Source: Phoronis australis
Taxonomy: Eukaryota > Animalia > Phoronida
Direction of reading: 5' to 3'
NCBI GenBank assembly: GCA_002633005.1
Contig: NMRA01000540.1
Coordinates: 229,369-293,368, forward strand
DNA length: 64,000 bases
A model generated the notes under the pieces. The model ran no database searches. It saw only the letters and a program-made list of their open reading frames with translations, and was not told the DNA's origin. The position numbers were made by a program, and so were the translations under genes. This document shows positions 11,186-24,379 of the stretch, piece by piece. Position 1 is the stretch's first letter, and the number at the start of each line of letters is the position of its first letter.

Positions 11186-13327
11186 ACCTTTACATGGATA
11201 ACATTCCGGGATTCTTATGAAGCTTTAACATACTGTTATGTTTGCTAATATCTCATTGCTTTCAGGACTCTATTAACTTGCCGGAATACTTGGAAGAACT
11301 AGACATCCAAACATAGGCATCAAAACAGTCCCCGCAGTGGTATGATTGGGCTGCCTACACCCACGTGGCAGGTAGAGCTTCATATGTTTCATTCTTTGAT
11401 TAAAAATAGTGCTGTTATCAGGGTTTGAATTTGAAACAATATGAAAATTGTCCTTGGTTTAGCCAGTGCGCTTATAAGCTTTAAGAAGTTCACAGATTCG
11501 TGTAGCCAGTTGTTCAAGCCAACGTAAAGCTTATTGGTTTTGCTGTAAGTTTCAAAACGTATACGCGAAAGTATGCATGTGAGATTAAACTTTTATTGCT
11601 AACCCTGGTTGTTCCTGTTAAATGTCCATATGACATAAGTACATAAGTAAGGAGACATTTCAGGGCTATGTTCAAGACTGCTAGTTAGAATTCGACTAGC
11701 GCTGCTCCCTGTGTAGAGTTGTGCGTTGTGTATTGCCTTCTCAGGCTAACCACGTAAACAATGAAAAGTTCATAAAAATAATGGGAATTGTTGTTTATTG
11801 CAGTTGTCAACAGTTTCATCATTTGGTCATAACATTCCTTAGATTGAAATAAGAAGTTACAAAATACGTTACCTGGTTAGCCTAAAGTCCAATTTTTGTT
11901 AACACATTAAGTTTTGTTATATGCATAGTTTGCTCTAGATTGTGATTGCATGTTAAGTTACCGTGTGCATATTTTGTACTGAAGTTGTTTTGAATGTCTT
12001 AGAACTGAATTCAGGATTGAAACTCCATTCAAAACAACTGGAAAACTGACCCACTGCAGTGCATGCTTGGAGTAAACCTGCACACTTGTACTGGAATCCT
12101 GGAGATTAGTTAAGTTTGAGCTTGAAGACTATTTTCTAGGCTCTGTGTACATGTATGTCAGTAAGTGCATGCGAGTTTTGCAAATGATTGTTGTATAAAC
12201 AGCACAAACATATCCAGCAAGTTAATTTTCCTTACACTGATAGCTTGTACCCGCCTGTTATTAAATTTTAGTGTCTGTGTTGCAGAAAGTGGTTTTAACA
12301 GTCGTTGGATAATGACGGCTACCCAGACAACACAACGTGTGCACTTATGAACTGAAGCTCATGAACCTATGAATTCAGTTATCTCATCTCAGAAGCACGC
12401 GTTTGTAGTCACAAAACATGGATTATTGCCTATGAAGCTAAGCGAGCAGATGCGGCTAAAGAAGATAAGTTGTTTGTGGTGTAGCATACATACATGTATG
12501 TATGAGGTTCGGTAGCTTTAAATTAAAGGAAAAAGAATGATTTTGTAATCAAATGTCTAAGTTTTCTAATTTCCACCTCGTATAACCAGGTTGTACTTAG
12601 GGTTACTTTTAGTGAAACTTGTTCGCACCATGGAGTGTATTGTACTTATTTTACTGTTATTATGACTGTCAACAAAAATGAAACTTTGACTTTTTAAACT
12701 GATAATAAAAAGGGTTGAAAATCATGATAGGTGATTCTAGGCACTATTTCCAGCATAAGGATTGCACTTCACAAAATCAGATATGTGATCCTTGCCGATA
12801 AACTCTTAGTTACGTTTTATTTTATGCTCTTTTCTGTGGGGATATTCTTGAATTTTGCATGTTAAGTGATTTGTTATTCTCGGTGTCATTGCTGTAATTT
12901 TAGCAGAAAAAGTCTGTGCTGATGAAAAGTAGACTTTTGTTGTAGTCCTTCCTGGCGATGTAATCACTTTTTCTTTCATTCTGTTTCATGATTTGATAGT
13001 GATTTCTCTGTTTGTACATTCCATTTTGCTCCCTCAGTTCTCGCATATTGTCAAAGACTGAGAACTATGCAAATATGAATATATTATTGCCTGATTTAGT
13101 TTTCACTGCATTGTATTCATGGCACTTGAACTGATTTTTGAATTGTTTCTGGTTTTTGACATTGCGGTATTTCACTTATGTTCACTTATGTGTATCTTAT
13201 GAAGTGCATTTTATTTTCTGTAATTAATCCCCGTTATTAAAATGTTAATAGAACTCTATGTTGTTAACAGTTGTATGAAAACCATTAAATTTGTTACTGT
13301 TATCCACTCTTGCCTGTTCTATTTTGG

Positions 13328-13700
13328 AAAACTTCAGTTTTCAAAAGTTAGTTCCTTGAAAACGTAAGTTCTGAAAAGTTTTCAAAAACTTAAGTTTTGA
13401 TGACTTTTGTTTGTTAATAAAAAGGTGTTCCAAAACTTAAGTTTTTAAAAAACTTAAGTTTCTGAAAGTTAAATTTTCCAAAAACTTAACTTTGGAACAA
13501 TTTTTTTGGACAAACTTAAGTTTTCAAAACTTAAGTTTTCAGAACTTAAGTTATGAGAACTTAAGTTTTTGAAAAACTTAAGTATTTTGGAGCAAGTTTT
13601 TGAAAACTCAAGTTATGAAAACTTAAGTTTGTTTCAAAAACTTGTTCCAAAATACTTAAGTTTTCGTGCATGAAAACTTAAGTTTATTTTTGTAAGAGCA
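13328..13700. repeat. Irregular array of the palindromic motif AAAACTTAAGTTTT
   Basis: More than a dozen perfect or degenerate copies of aaacttaagttt with short A/T spacers, ending in tttttgtaagagca. Confidence 0.85.
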
Positions 13701-16287
13701 TGGTTTATCAACAGTGAACCTTTGAAGTAAGGACATGTAACTTTGAACATCCTTTCCATCAGGTTTGTTGCTCGTATGAAGTCTGAGAGACAGTAAACAA
13801 CATGATAATTATTTACACGAGAAAACTTTCTTTACTGACCGAAGTTTTTACTACGTCTAGGACTACTTTTTCCGAATAATGTGAACATGCTCGTGGGGGT
13901 TTTCCTAGTGCAAGAAAACACGGTAGTTTAATGTCTGCCTATGTAAGTCGTGTACTGAATTTTAAAGGATTAATGGAAACGAACTCACGTGTACACGCCT
14001 ACATGTCAATCCACCTATCCACAATCAAAGTGGAGACTGGGTGAACAACATATTCGGTGACCACTTTTAATTCGAATTTGAAAATGTCTGCACTTTACTA
14101 TGCTAGCAAGCATACCCAAATAGCAGATAAGGAATCTAATTTCTGCTGTTGGTCGATTTTAAGGCATTCACACGCTACATTTTAGAGCTCCCTCGCTGCT
14201 GTACAGGTATAAACATTTACTTCTAAACCCTTCTTACCCTATGGTGTAGCCATCACTCCTCTAATTGTCAGCGCCATTCTGTCATGTATGCCAACACCAC
14301 TTGACGAAGTTGTCCTGATTATTTGTTAAAAAAGTGTGTTTTCAGGGGCGTCCAGGATTTTGAGTTGGGGGGAGGGGGGCAGGGCACAGGAATAACCAGA
14401 ATTTCGCCACATGCACGCGCCCAGCCTAAAATGTAGGGATGTAGGGGTCTCGAATTTTTGGGTTTGTGGACTTCATTACTACAAGAAAAAAAAACGGTAA
14501 ACGGGGTTGCTTCAAGGCCTATGCAGTGTGCATTCCCCCCAACCCCCTTGGTGTGCGCATATGCTAGTTAGAAATTCGCACCCCGAACTAACAAATGGTA
14601 TCTGGGAGAATTTTAGGGGGACCATGGCCCCCTAAATCCGCCAATGGTTTTCATACATCCTGGTGAGATATGTTTAAAATATTTATTTGAATTTTTGGGT
14701 CATTATTTCTAAAGTTAGAGCTGACACTTCTGAGCTAGTGCGATTGATTTTGCACTACTGCTAGTTTCTGAGACGTAGACGTAAAGCAAATCAACCCAAA
14801 AGTGTCACAATCTTCAAGATGACGTTTTTCTTGAATAAGATTACGAAAATATTCGTTTCTTTTAGAATATAGAAGAGGTCCCGCTCACCAAAAGAAGTCA
14901 CTAAACAGCTACAGTTGGTAGATAACCGTCCCTTGCATTGTTGATTAGGGTTGGGCTTAGTAGATCGTGAGAGTACATTAGTTTGCACTTGCGGCGAAAA
15001 ATCTTCCTTGATGACGCGCAAATAGTGAATTCAGTCACTCAATTCAAAACTCCAGCGTCGACTTGCAGTATTGGCCGCCATTTTGTTAAGTTCGGTGTGT
15101 AAAACCTGTTTACTCGTGTAATTCCGCAAAGTCTTAAGAGATACAGCTTTTCTCACAAAAAAACTAGGTCTAGTGAACGCTCTCCAGAATTTTCGAAGCT
15201 CATAAAAAGAAACTACCCTTCATTCAACTGTGGTTGCCATTTTGTTGGAACATCACCAGAAATGGCTAAAAACAAAATGTTCAATTTAGCAGAAGCTGAG
15301 GGGAAAATGTCCCAGGTTTTATACATTTTGCTCGTAAGCTTTCGAACAAGAAGCACAAAAATGCTGGTCTTCATAACTAGTTGTTACAAGCGTGACTAAA
15401 CCTGTTTAAGGTTTTTAAAACTTTGAATTTTGCTTCAAGATTCCAGAGTTAGAAGCAAAACAAAGCTTGTGAGATTAAATTCGATGTGTTTTATCACTTA
15501 AATCTACATGAATTCCGTGTATTTTAAGTAAAACAATGCCACAGTGTATTTTGAGAAAAACAATGCCATTTTGAACTAACATTTTCAAATATATTTTTGA
15601 AATTGCGTTAGAATTCGTTTTGTTGATTTTCAACTGAAACGGAGCGGTGGTAGAATCTTTAAGACAACAAAGCTTTCACATGAAAAAATTTCAAGAATGT
15701 TATTGAAAAACGTCAACCATACACATCAATAGCATACTGTTTTCATGTTGATCTTTTCTGGAGCGAAGCAAATGCCTGCGTAAGAGACATACATGTACAT
15801 AAAACTGGCCTTATGATTACAGAGGACTAATCTCACAACAGTCCGCAAGTGTATTTTAATTAAGAGTGTGTTCCGTGAATTACTCAAGTTTCTTATATTT
15901 GAAAAGCGAGTGGAAAATACAGTGGGATTCACGTGCAAACTAGTCAGAGAATGGCAAAAGGTCAATGACTGGCTAATAACAACAAAATTTTACAGTAAAA
16001 CGAGATTTTTTTATTTCATACCGTAACAGGATTACAATAATGTCAAGCATTAAAACTCGCCTCCCAAGACGTGTCGGTTTGAAATTAATAAATACCAAAC
16101 GCCTTAAGTTGACTTTTGACAATTTTGCTTCATTATTGCTTTGCAAAATTCTTGAACCACTTGACTTATTTATACCAGAATTTAACAAGTCATTTGACAC
16201 GTTTAATAAATTTCAGTATTTATCTTAACAATCAAGAATTTTCCCCCATTGTAGAGTCAAGTTTCAAGCCGACGTTGGAAAGACGAA

Positions 16288-16534
16288 CTACTTTCCGGGA
16301 GAGTACTGCCCGCCGACGTACGCCACGCGCTCGTTCATGAACTTGTCTTCCCACCCAACACCCTCACTTATGGCATGCGCATTCCATATTCCTGTCACGG
16401 GAACTTTTTTCAGCTCGCGGTACTCAGTCTCCTGCAAATCACAGGTGAACACCTTCCAGTGGACACAATGCTCAGGGACAAAGAACTTATGTGTGCACAT
16501 ACGCATGTCCTTGTCGCTGTTGTCGACTGAAACT
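16288..16534 (-). CDS. Paralog B exon 4 (last): VSVDNSDKDMRMCTHKFFVPEHCVHWKVFTCDLQETEY...YVGGQYSPGK*
   Basis: Acceptor ccctttatttttag, phase-compatible (AG+A = Arg), stop TAG; about half of residues identical to A exon 4 by eye. Confidence 0.9.
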
Positions 16535-16602
16535 CTAAAAATAAAGGGGAGACAATCAAGCCAAGCAAAACTATTAGAGTAATAACTGCAATATAATATT
16601 CA

Positions 16603-16975
16603 TGATGCCGATGACAATGTAGATGGTGGTGATTGATAATGATGATGGTGGTGGTGATGTTAATGATGGTGGCGATGATGATGATGATGATGACTATGAA
16701 GATGTTTATGATGTTGAGGATGATCGTGATGGTGAAGACGGTGGTGGTGGTGGTGGTGATGATGGTGATTATTAATCACAATGGTGATATTGATTACGAT
16801 GACATGCATGACGATGATGATGATGTTCATGACGATGAGAACAAGAATGGTTATGATAATGAGGATGTCGATAATGATGTTGATGGTGGTGGTGGTGGTG
16901 GTGATGATGACGGTGACGACAATGGCGATGATTGTGGTGACGACGACAGCGGCGAGTATTAAGTAGATGACAACA
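16603..16975. repeat. Degenerate (GAT/GGT/GAC)n trinucleotide microsatellite in intron 3 of paralog B
   Basis: Direct inspection; produces the spurious poly-M/V/D/H ORFs in the track. Confidence 0.95.
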
Positions 16976-17412
16976 ATCATGACCGTCTTTTTATAAAATG
17001 CATGGCACATGACAGTAAATTGAAATTTTCAAACACGTTTTAGAACCAATTACAATAAGAAATGATAACAGGTCAGTACCAAAGCTCGCAGACATCAACC
17101 TAAAAAGTCTGCTGTGGTAAAACAGGCCTAGGGACAACCTGGGTGCGCGTTTTAATAAACGCTTTTACAAAATTGCGCTGTTTAAATTGCGCACTGGAAA
17201 GTTCTAAACTTGTCTTCAGGAAGCTGTTTAGTGACCGAGCAAAGGCGAACGGCTTCCTCAAGGTGGCGCCCGTTTAATGTTTTACCGCTAGAGAAATAGA
17301 TGGAGGCACTAGACATGCATGCACATTGAATGGCGCAAAAGACGCTTTCTTGCAGATATTTTATATACGCGGTTCTAAATACATAGCTTTGCTTTCCCTA
17401 TATTTGTTTTAC

Positions 17413-17805
17413 CTTTCGCTAACGTTGACGCATATGGGTGCGGCGATTTTGTTGCTGACTGTGATGTTGCTGAAAATCCGAGCGGATATCGTCTGATCAC
17501 CCACATGCTCAGTCAGCTTACTTCTACCGAAGAAGTAGGTCTCGTCAGCGGGATACGTTGAACTGCAACCGAAGACGACAGGGCTGGGCACAATATTGTT
17601 CTCGTACTCGTCTTCAATAACAATGTATTCGTTACCGTCCATCTCCATAGTAACCTTGACGTGTATCTGAACTTTGTCCTCAAACGTCTGGCAGATGCAG
17701 GCGTAGGGCACTTCCAGTCGCATAAACACGCGTTGTTCGCGATCACTTGTGGACAAACTGACCATGTGACTTTTTACCTCGCTGTTACCTACGTTGTCGT
17801 AGAAC
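17413..17805 (-). CDS. Paralog B exon 3 (393 nt): FYDNVGNSEVKSHMVSLST...YACICQTFED...FSNITVSNKIAAPICVNVSE
   Basis: Acceptor atgttttacag, donor AG|GTAAAA; colinear with A exon 3. Confidence 0.9.
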
Positions 17806-18436
17806 CTGTAAAACATACTACAATTTCAAAGATCGAAAGTAGAACACTTGTCTTTCATTTATCTACAGAGGCATCACCGTCGTCTCGTCGCAACGGTTAG
17901 TAAGCCTACTACTCAAAGCGCACTCTTAACTAGGACCTTAATTGAAGTGGCCTCACATCCGCCTTCTTTGACAAAAATAGAGTTAAAATTTAATTTCAAA
18001 TTATTCTACAGTCAAGTTAGAGGTGATTTCAAGTCTTCAAAAGAGTTGAGACCAGGACCTGCTATAATTAAGTGGCTTGTCGATGTCGGAAACTGCTGTG
18101 GTGTGGACTTGATGATTAATTAGTAAAAAATATTTTCAATATGGCAGAAAAATGTACGGACGTAAGTAAGGGGTCGAGAAATTGCAGCTTCTGTCCCAAG
18201 TGGAAGGGAAAGGTTCAGGCCAAAATAGTGCCATGTAGAGATAGCATTTTGTGGTCGCTGTTTTAATGCAAGTTGTCTCTGAGTCGGATTTATTATTTGC
18301 GGAGAAGAATGAAACGTAAAACGCCAAGACTGTTTATAAGCTGTAACAGTTTTAAAGGATAATGACCACATCTTTATTCGACAGATTATTTACTGGTACT
18401 GGTCCCTGCGTCCACAATGACTTAAAGTATTCTTAC

Positions 18437-18648
18437 TCGGAGACAAATCTCAGCTTCTTTTCGTCGACTTGGTTTGGCTCCTCTTTGTATTTCAAGCGCA
18501 TTACCAAGTTGTAAACGTATGTGTAGCAGACTCCGACGCTGAAACCCTGGTAGTAACGGGCATCATGGTCCCAGCCGGTACCGACATCTTTCACAAATTC
18601 GACATCTTGTACATCTTTCACGGTCAGTTCCGGGTCGTTACCACGAAC
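18437..18648 (-). CDS. Paralog B exon 2 (212 nt): VRGNDPELTVKDVQDVEFVKDVGTGWDHDARYYQGFSVGVCYTYVYNLVMRLKYKEEPNQVDEKKLRFVSE
   Basis: Acceptor tttattgggcag, donor GA|GTAAG; phase 0 in, phase 2 out. Confidence 0.9.
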
Positions 18649-18917
18649 CTGCCCAATAAAATAGTCTTATAGAAGTCGGAAGTGGTTCTTTAAATAACTT
18701 TTAATTGTTGCCTGTGAACATGTTCGTTTGAAATTACTGAGCCTCAGATCTCTTTGGCTGATAGTGGTTTCGGAAAGAAATAGAGGAAAAAAATGAAAAC
18801 GGCAACAAAAAATACTCATTGCAACAATTGGAACGCATTGATAGATTTTAAGCAACGATTATTGAAAGGACACAAAACCTTAAAACAGTTAAGAATATTG
18901 AAATGGTCGAAACTTAC

Positions 18918-18956
18918 CAAAACAACGAAAACGGCCAACAGTAAGGTGGCAAACAT
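18918..18956 (-). CDS. Paralog B exon 1 coding part, signal peptide MFATLLLAVFVVL
   Basis: acaATG, 13 hydrophobic codons, donor TTG|GTAAGT; gives MFATLLLAVFVVLVRG-NDP. Spliced CDS is 891 nt = 296 aa + stop. Confidence 0.88.
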
Positions 18957-20344
18957 TGTCACGTCGAAGGCTTGATCGAACAGTTAGGTGCGGTTCTGAA
19001 ACACACGAGTTCCGTTGCAAGTTAAGTACCTTGGCAATCGCTCTCCTGGAATAATCTTATTGGACAGTACCGTACATGCAAATGAGCGCAGCAATAGCTG
19101 CCCGTGATTGGTTTAAAAGTTTCGTTGCCAGTGCAACCATTTTACACGCACTGAACACCTTCTCTCAAGGAGCGCATACTGGAATCTAAAGTTGTAAATT
19201 ACGGTACGTTCAAGTTTATTCAGAAAACAAGAAAATCTGCGTGAGTTTATCGCTATTTACGGTGAAGAAGCATCAAAGATTTTACTTGTGAATACGGGTA
19301 TCCGTGTAAATCAATGTTTTTGTAGGTTGTTGTACTGCCGCTCACGCACAATGCAGTGCTGTTTACACAATGAACTCAGACCAAATTTGTGCTGAAACTC
19401 TTAAAAAGTCACATAGTTAACTAAAAATTCGTCTCCTGTCAAGAAAGCAAATTCCCACAGTGCTGTTCAATTATATTTTAGTGGTTTAAATTCACGACGG
19501 CAACTTCACTGCAAGCTTTGTAAGCGTTAAATATGAATTGTCATGTAAATACCATATGGAGAGTTCTTCTGAATTATTGAAATTTGACACGAAGGAGTCT
19601 ACGTTACAAGTGTAATTCGTGTAGTTTTTTTACCTATAACGAGGCGTATAGATCATGGAGGAATGGTGAATCAAACTTCGGCCATTAAGTTAGGGTAAAA
19701 AATAAATCATGTTAACACCGGTACATGTAAAATACGACAAAACGGTCCCACACATTTAAGGATCGTCTCATTAACTGAAGGCGCGTCATAACCATGACAG
19801 GGCAGATGGCGTTACGAAAAGTCGGTTTTCTTGAACGTGAATTTGTTTCTCTTGTATTGAATATTACCGACGACTTTGTGAAAAGTCATGAATAGTGCCG
19901 GGTACATATGTTAGATTTAAGAATAGTTCTTAAATACCAAAAGAAATGCGTTTTTTCATGCTTGTGTAGGGGATAATTTGAGTGCGAAATATCATATGTC
20001 ATCATTAATCAACATTTAATTAAAGTACGTCAAGTTACCAGTATCATGTTATCTGATACTGGTTCATTCAGGTGCTATTTGTTACGTCAAAATCACGTGC
20101 TATGCTTCGAGAAGCAGACTGACCTAAACAGTGAAGGACATTCCTCTTTTCAGGAAGTTTATTTTTCTCCAACCCTCTAGCATATTTGAATATATCCAAT
20201 GCTCAGTTCTTAAAGGTTGGTTTACTGGCTAATTTACTGGCAAAGACACGGCCTTGATTTCAGCCAATTGTCTGAGAACGGCGAGAAATGGCGATTAATC
20301 ACAAAAACACAACACAACATGCCGAATGATGTCGTTTAATTTCG

Positions 20345-20605
20345 CGAGTTATTGTTTAACTTGTGAGATCCATGCGATGGGCGTAAGCACGTCGCATGGT
20401 TATCGCCTATGGGACGCTATCAATGTTTTCCTTTATTGCGTCTTCGTTGGATACAACAATACAGGTCGCACGGATATCGTACCCGTCAGTCGGTTACCGA
20501 TAAATTCTTATCATTATCTTTATTAAAAGAAAGAAAAACAAATTGAACAAAAGATACGCCTATGTACCGATATCTATGCGAGGAACTTGCGCCCTAGTTT
20601 CCCCT
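20345..20605 (+). repeat. Interspersed repeat, second copy at ~46910-47160
   Basis: ttgtttaacttg(t/c)gaga(t/a)ccatgcga(t/c)gggcgtaa...catggttatcgc(c/t)tat and the downstream atatctatg...cttgcg(c/a)cct block are shared between the two loci. Confidence 0.75.
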
Positions 20606-21253
20606 GGTGTATCCCATCCAACAAAACATGCGATTTAACTCGTAAAACTGATCAACGAACGTTTGTCTGGAAATTTAAACATCATTTATTGATTAATTAT
20701 TCCGGATATTAAAATGTCTATGACAATGAATATTTTTGTCAGTGTTACCAACGGATCAATGCAAAGGATATATAAGTGAAACCTCTCCAACATCACAAAA
20801 AATATCACTTAGTACATGAGCAGATTCTCAAGTTTTATATTTCTCATTTCAAAGCAAAATCTTGTATACATGTAACTACACGTGCCCCTGAATATATGCA
20901 GGCGTCAAAGTAAAACCGTGGCGTAGGCGATGGGCTGGGTCAGTCGAGAGAAGAAAGACTGCGAAACATTTTGAGAACAATAGTCAATTACCAGTGCTTG
21001 GTTTACCCTTCTGGGGTCTTGACCGGGACATTTTTATTAGAGGCCCCCGTTTTTGCAGTATGGATGGTCCAAACGCACTTGAAGACGTGCTCTTATCCTT
21101 TAATACATGTAATTCGAAAAACTGTATAAATTGCATAATTTTTTGCTGATTGCCTGCTTGCTAAATTATGTACTTTTCATATGTAGGGACCTTGAAGAGA
21201 GTAATTTGATAGCACTTTGTGGGTCACCTTTTCTTGTTTGTTATGCTTTCTTC

Positions 21254-21327
21254 TGATCACAGATAGGGTGTTCGTCTGATCACAGATAGGGTGTTCACAG
21301 ATAGGGTGATCACAGATAGGGTGTTCA
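21254..21327. repeat. Short tandem repeat, 4 copies of (TGA)TCACAGATAGGGTG(TTC)
   Basis: Direct inspection. Confidence 0.9.
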
Positions 21328-21491
21328 GTGATGGAATCAAGTGTTTCTCTTTCCACTTTGTTGTGAAACTGTAAAACCTTTTGTTCTTAAGAAGGTTACT
21401 TTGTGGAGGGTCAACCGAGGATGGAATTAACTACCATTCTTTTCCAATATGGTAATAACGTAACCTTTCATTAAGACGGTTCTCCTTTCAG

Positions 21492-21690
21492 GTGGCGGAG
21501 TCCTCTCTTCGAGGGACAGCGCGGAGAAATTGCTGCGTTCCGTAGATCCAAGAACCTCATCAAAACTCAAGATCACGAAAGACTTCGCCGTCTGTTAGAA
21601 AGGAATCACATGATCGATAGCTTTCTTAACGAGATTCTCCAGTCGACGGAGCTCAACCCAGCAGTATCAGCTAGTCAGGAAAGGAAGTAG
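21492..21690 (+). CDS. Candidate orphan terminal exon: WRSPLFEGQRGEIAAFRRSKNLIKTQDHERLRRLLERNHMIDSFLNEILQSTELNPAVSASQERK*
   Basis: Strong acceptor ttctcctttcag, 66 open codons to TAG, raised GC, AATAAA at 21718-21723. No upstream exon identified. Confidence 0.4.
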
Positions 21691-22449
21691 ATAAGATTTC
21701 AAATGCATCGAAAAAATAATAAAAACATGTTCTTGAAAAGCATATTAAAATTATCAAGACATGAGACCCAAGCAACCAAGAATTGGGAATTCCATTGGAA
21801 AAATATAGACCGATACCGAAAGATTTCATTGCGGTGAAATATCGATACATTTTCCAAAGAATTTCAATAAGTGCAATTTCGTTTGAAGATTGTTAATGAA
21901 GACAAATTACGCACATGCCATCTTTAATGATACAGAGAAACACTTGTGAAAAATATCCCGAAATATGCTACGTTTCGAAATTCGTGGCACACAAGTTGTC
22001 TTAGGCAATCAATTTGTTTTGTAGGGTTTATGCGGGCGCATGCTCTGTTTGGCATAAGGTCATGAGTGCGAAATGTAGGAGCTTTTGGGTATTAATTCAT
22101 ACTATCAGCTTGAAAGGTAATGATATACCGTACGAAGTTAATGAGTTCAATACAGGTGAGTCTATTCACATCTGACATTAATTTTATTAGGCAAAAAATT
22201 TACACTACAATTTAAAGTTAAATTGACAACTTTAAAGTTGTTATTTGGTCGTTTTCTTGTACTTGTAGTCCGCTTAGAACATTTACCTACATGTACATTC
22301 TCTATGGCTTCACGTGACCCATTTTCCGATATGGCGGTAACATGATGAATCAATCTCATTTAGAAGCCGAAGTGAGCTTTTCAGAACTTGAAAAATCTTA
22401 AACATTTTAACTGGAATTGTCATGTTGCTGTTAATTGACTAGAAAGTGC

Positions 22450-22794
22450 TTATTTAAGAATTCCACGTGTAACACTTGTGATTTCGCAACTGTTGCTTGA
22501 GATCAATCTTCCCGAAATTTTGCGAATTACAGTGTGCGCGATTTCCTCAGGTGACATCTCCTAGGTTCGTAAATGCGAAGATAATGTGCTTTTCTGATGC
22601 GGCCTTTGAATTACCCGTAACCCTTCAGGTACTCGCGTAGCCTCAAGTTCCATTCTGAACAGGTGGTATATTCTATAGCCTCCAAAGTTTCTCTCGGAGG
22701 TTAAGACGCATATAAGAAGCTCAGTCATACGACGAGTCATGTGTCTTTCAAAGTGGAGAATGTCGGATTCGCCATATAAGTTAAGCTTGCACAT
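22450..22794 (-). pseudogene. Decayed coding relic homologous to 23350-23678 (+)
   Basis: RNFGGYRIYHLFRMELEATRVPE versus SNFDAMKILELF*MEIEATRIPD; internal stop at 22561-22563. Confidence 0.55.
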
Positions 22795-23349
22795 GCGCAG
22801 ACAAAATTCACTTCTGACAGCCTGGTCCCAAGCCTCAAGATGACGCTGATCGGTTTAGCCATTTGAGGTTGATGAGCCGAAATTTTCTTGTCTGCCATAT
22901 TTTACGGAAACCACCGGAATATCACGATTGATATTAAGTTAAATTATCTCTGAAATTTGATGTAGTATAACCCAAAACATCAAAAAGCGCCACTTATGCA
23001 GTAATTCAAGTTAAGATCATTGAAAGATTAAATATTTGAATTCAAAAGCAGGATAATTTTTATGGTGCATTCAATAAATCACGAAAACAGTATCGTCTGC
23101 TTCCGAATCACGAATAGTAGCAACAACAACGGATGAGAACACAGTTAAAATCAGAGTTAGGATTTTGCTTAGTTACTGGAAAAATAATGAAATTGATCAC
23201 ATCAAAGAAGTCAGGATAAGAATCTTCAAGAACTGATATTTAAGTAATAAGAGATTCCATTGTTTGAAGGTTTATTGTGTCGTACGAGCAATTAGTGCAC
23301 AGAAGGGATATCTCCCTCAAATAGCTAAACCAATCAGCGAAATCTTGAG

Positions 23350-23678
23350 GCTTGGGGACGAGGCTGGATTTTGGGAGCAATTTTGACGCTATGAAAATAC
23401 TCGAGTTGTTCTGAATGGAGATAGAGGCTACAAGAATACCCGATATATTCATGAAACCCCATAAAAATACCCAATCACTGGATCGCTCCGCATGCATATT
23501 AACACCATTGTTAAAGAAGAGTTTTGCCAATCTGACTCATCATGTTTTCTTGCTACAAAGGTACTTTAAAATTTTACTCGATTTCTATGATAATGAAATC
23601 CATAAAATCAACAATTCCTTGGTCCGCAAATGTGTGACGCATGAAGCAAATTTTCACGATGCCAAGCGGTCCGAATAA
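23350..23678 (+). pseudogene. Decayed coding relic homologous to 22450-22794 (-)
   Basis: Same NF...(K/R)I..LF(R)ME(I/L)EATR(I/V)P(D/E)...PH motif, with TGA at the Arg position and further stops upstream. Confidence 0.55.
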
Positions 23679-24379
23679 TCTGATTTCTCTCGCTTTGCCG
23701 TGCGGCTCAGTTTTGAGAAGCAGTTCGATTTTCATCGCTGCCCTGTTTTGCATCAGTTTGCCTTTAACTTGAACCATGACGCAATAAACAGGTTATGGAA
23801 CTTGTAGGTACATGTACAACAAGAATTCAGCTTATCACCAGGACAATATTTGCATCAATGTGCCATTTGTTCGACGGAAGCGTCACACCTATGATTTAGT
23901 TTTTATGAATAAGTTTTTGCAATTTAAAAATATTGCTGATAGATTTGATACCATAATTTTATCAGATTTGTTGTATCCACAAGTATTCTGTCATTCATAG
24001 CGTGGGATTTAGCTATGTAAGCGGAGGGTTGGATAACGAGAGAAGATCTGCTAGGTGGCGTTGTAACTGGTGAAAGTTGTGTTGCTGAGAGGACTCCAGT
24101 TTTCAGTCATAACTGCCTTACTAAGATAAGTTAAGTCTTGAGAATTGGTCAACATGATTCATTTAGTACTGGGATTGTCTCTGATTTGTTTTTTGAACTG
24201 AACTGTTGTTGAAGTGTTTTGGAAGTCAGAGTGAATGTGAAATCTCTGAACAATCAGGACTGTAAGCTACTGTGTGACCTAGTTAGCAAGAGGAAAACTT
24301 AGTGTAGGTCACATTACCTCCATGTTTGGCTGAGGTGTCATAAGCTATTTATTCTTTGGTGAACAGGAAATTCTCATTC

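Noticed and set aside
16040-16228. Plus-strand ORF with DNFASLLLCKILE, faintly like the SNFDAMKILE relic at 23376
   Set aside because: The match needs gaps and lacks the MExEATRxP core; it cannot be told from chance.
16633-17010. ORFs encoding poly-Met/Val/Asp/His proteins (similar ORF at 33805-34038)
   Set aside because: They are translations of intronic trinucleotide microsatellites, open in several frames because the repeats lack stop codons.
21465-21591. Minus-strand open frame TAKSFVILSFDEVLG... as an upstream exon of paralog B
   Set aside because: No good phase-0 donor, and B already has a complete signal-peptide exon at 18918-18956.
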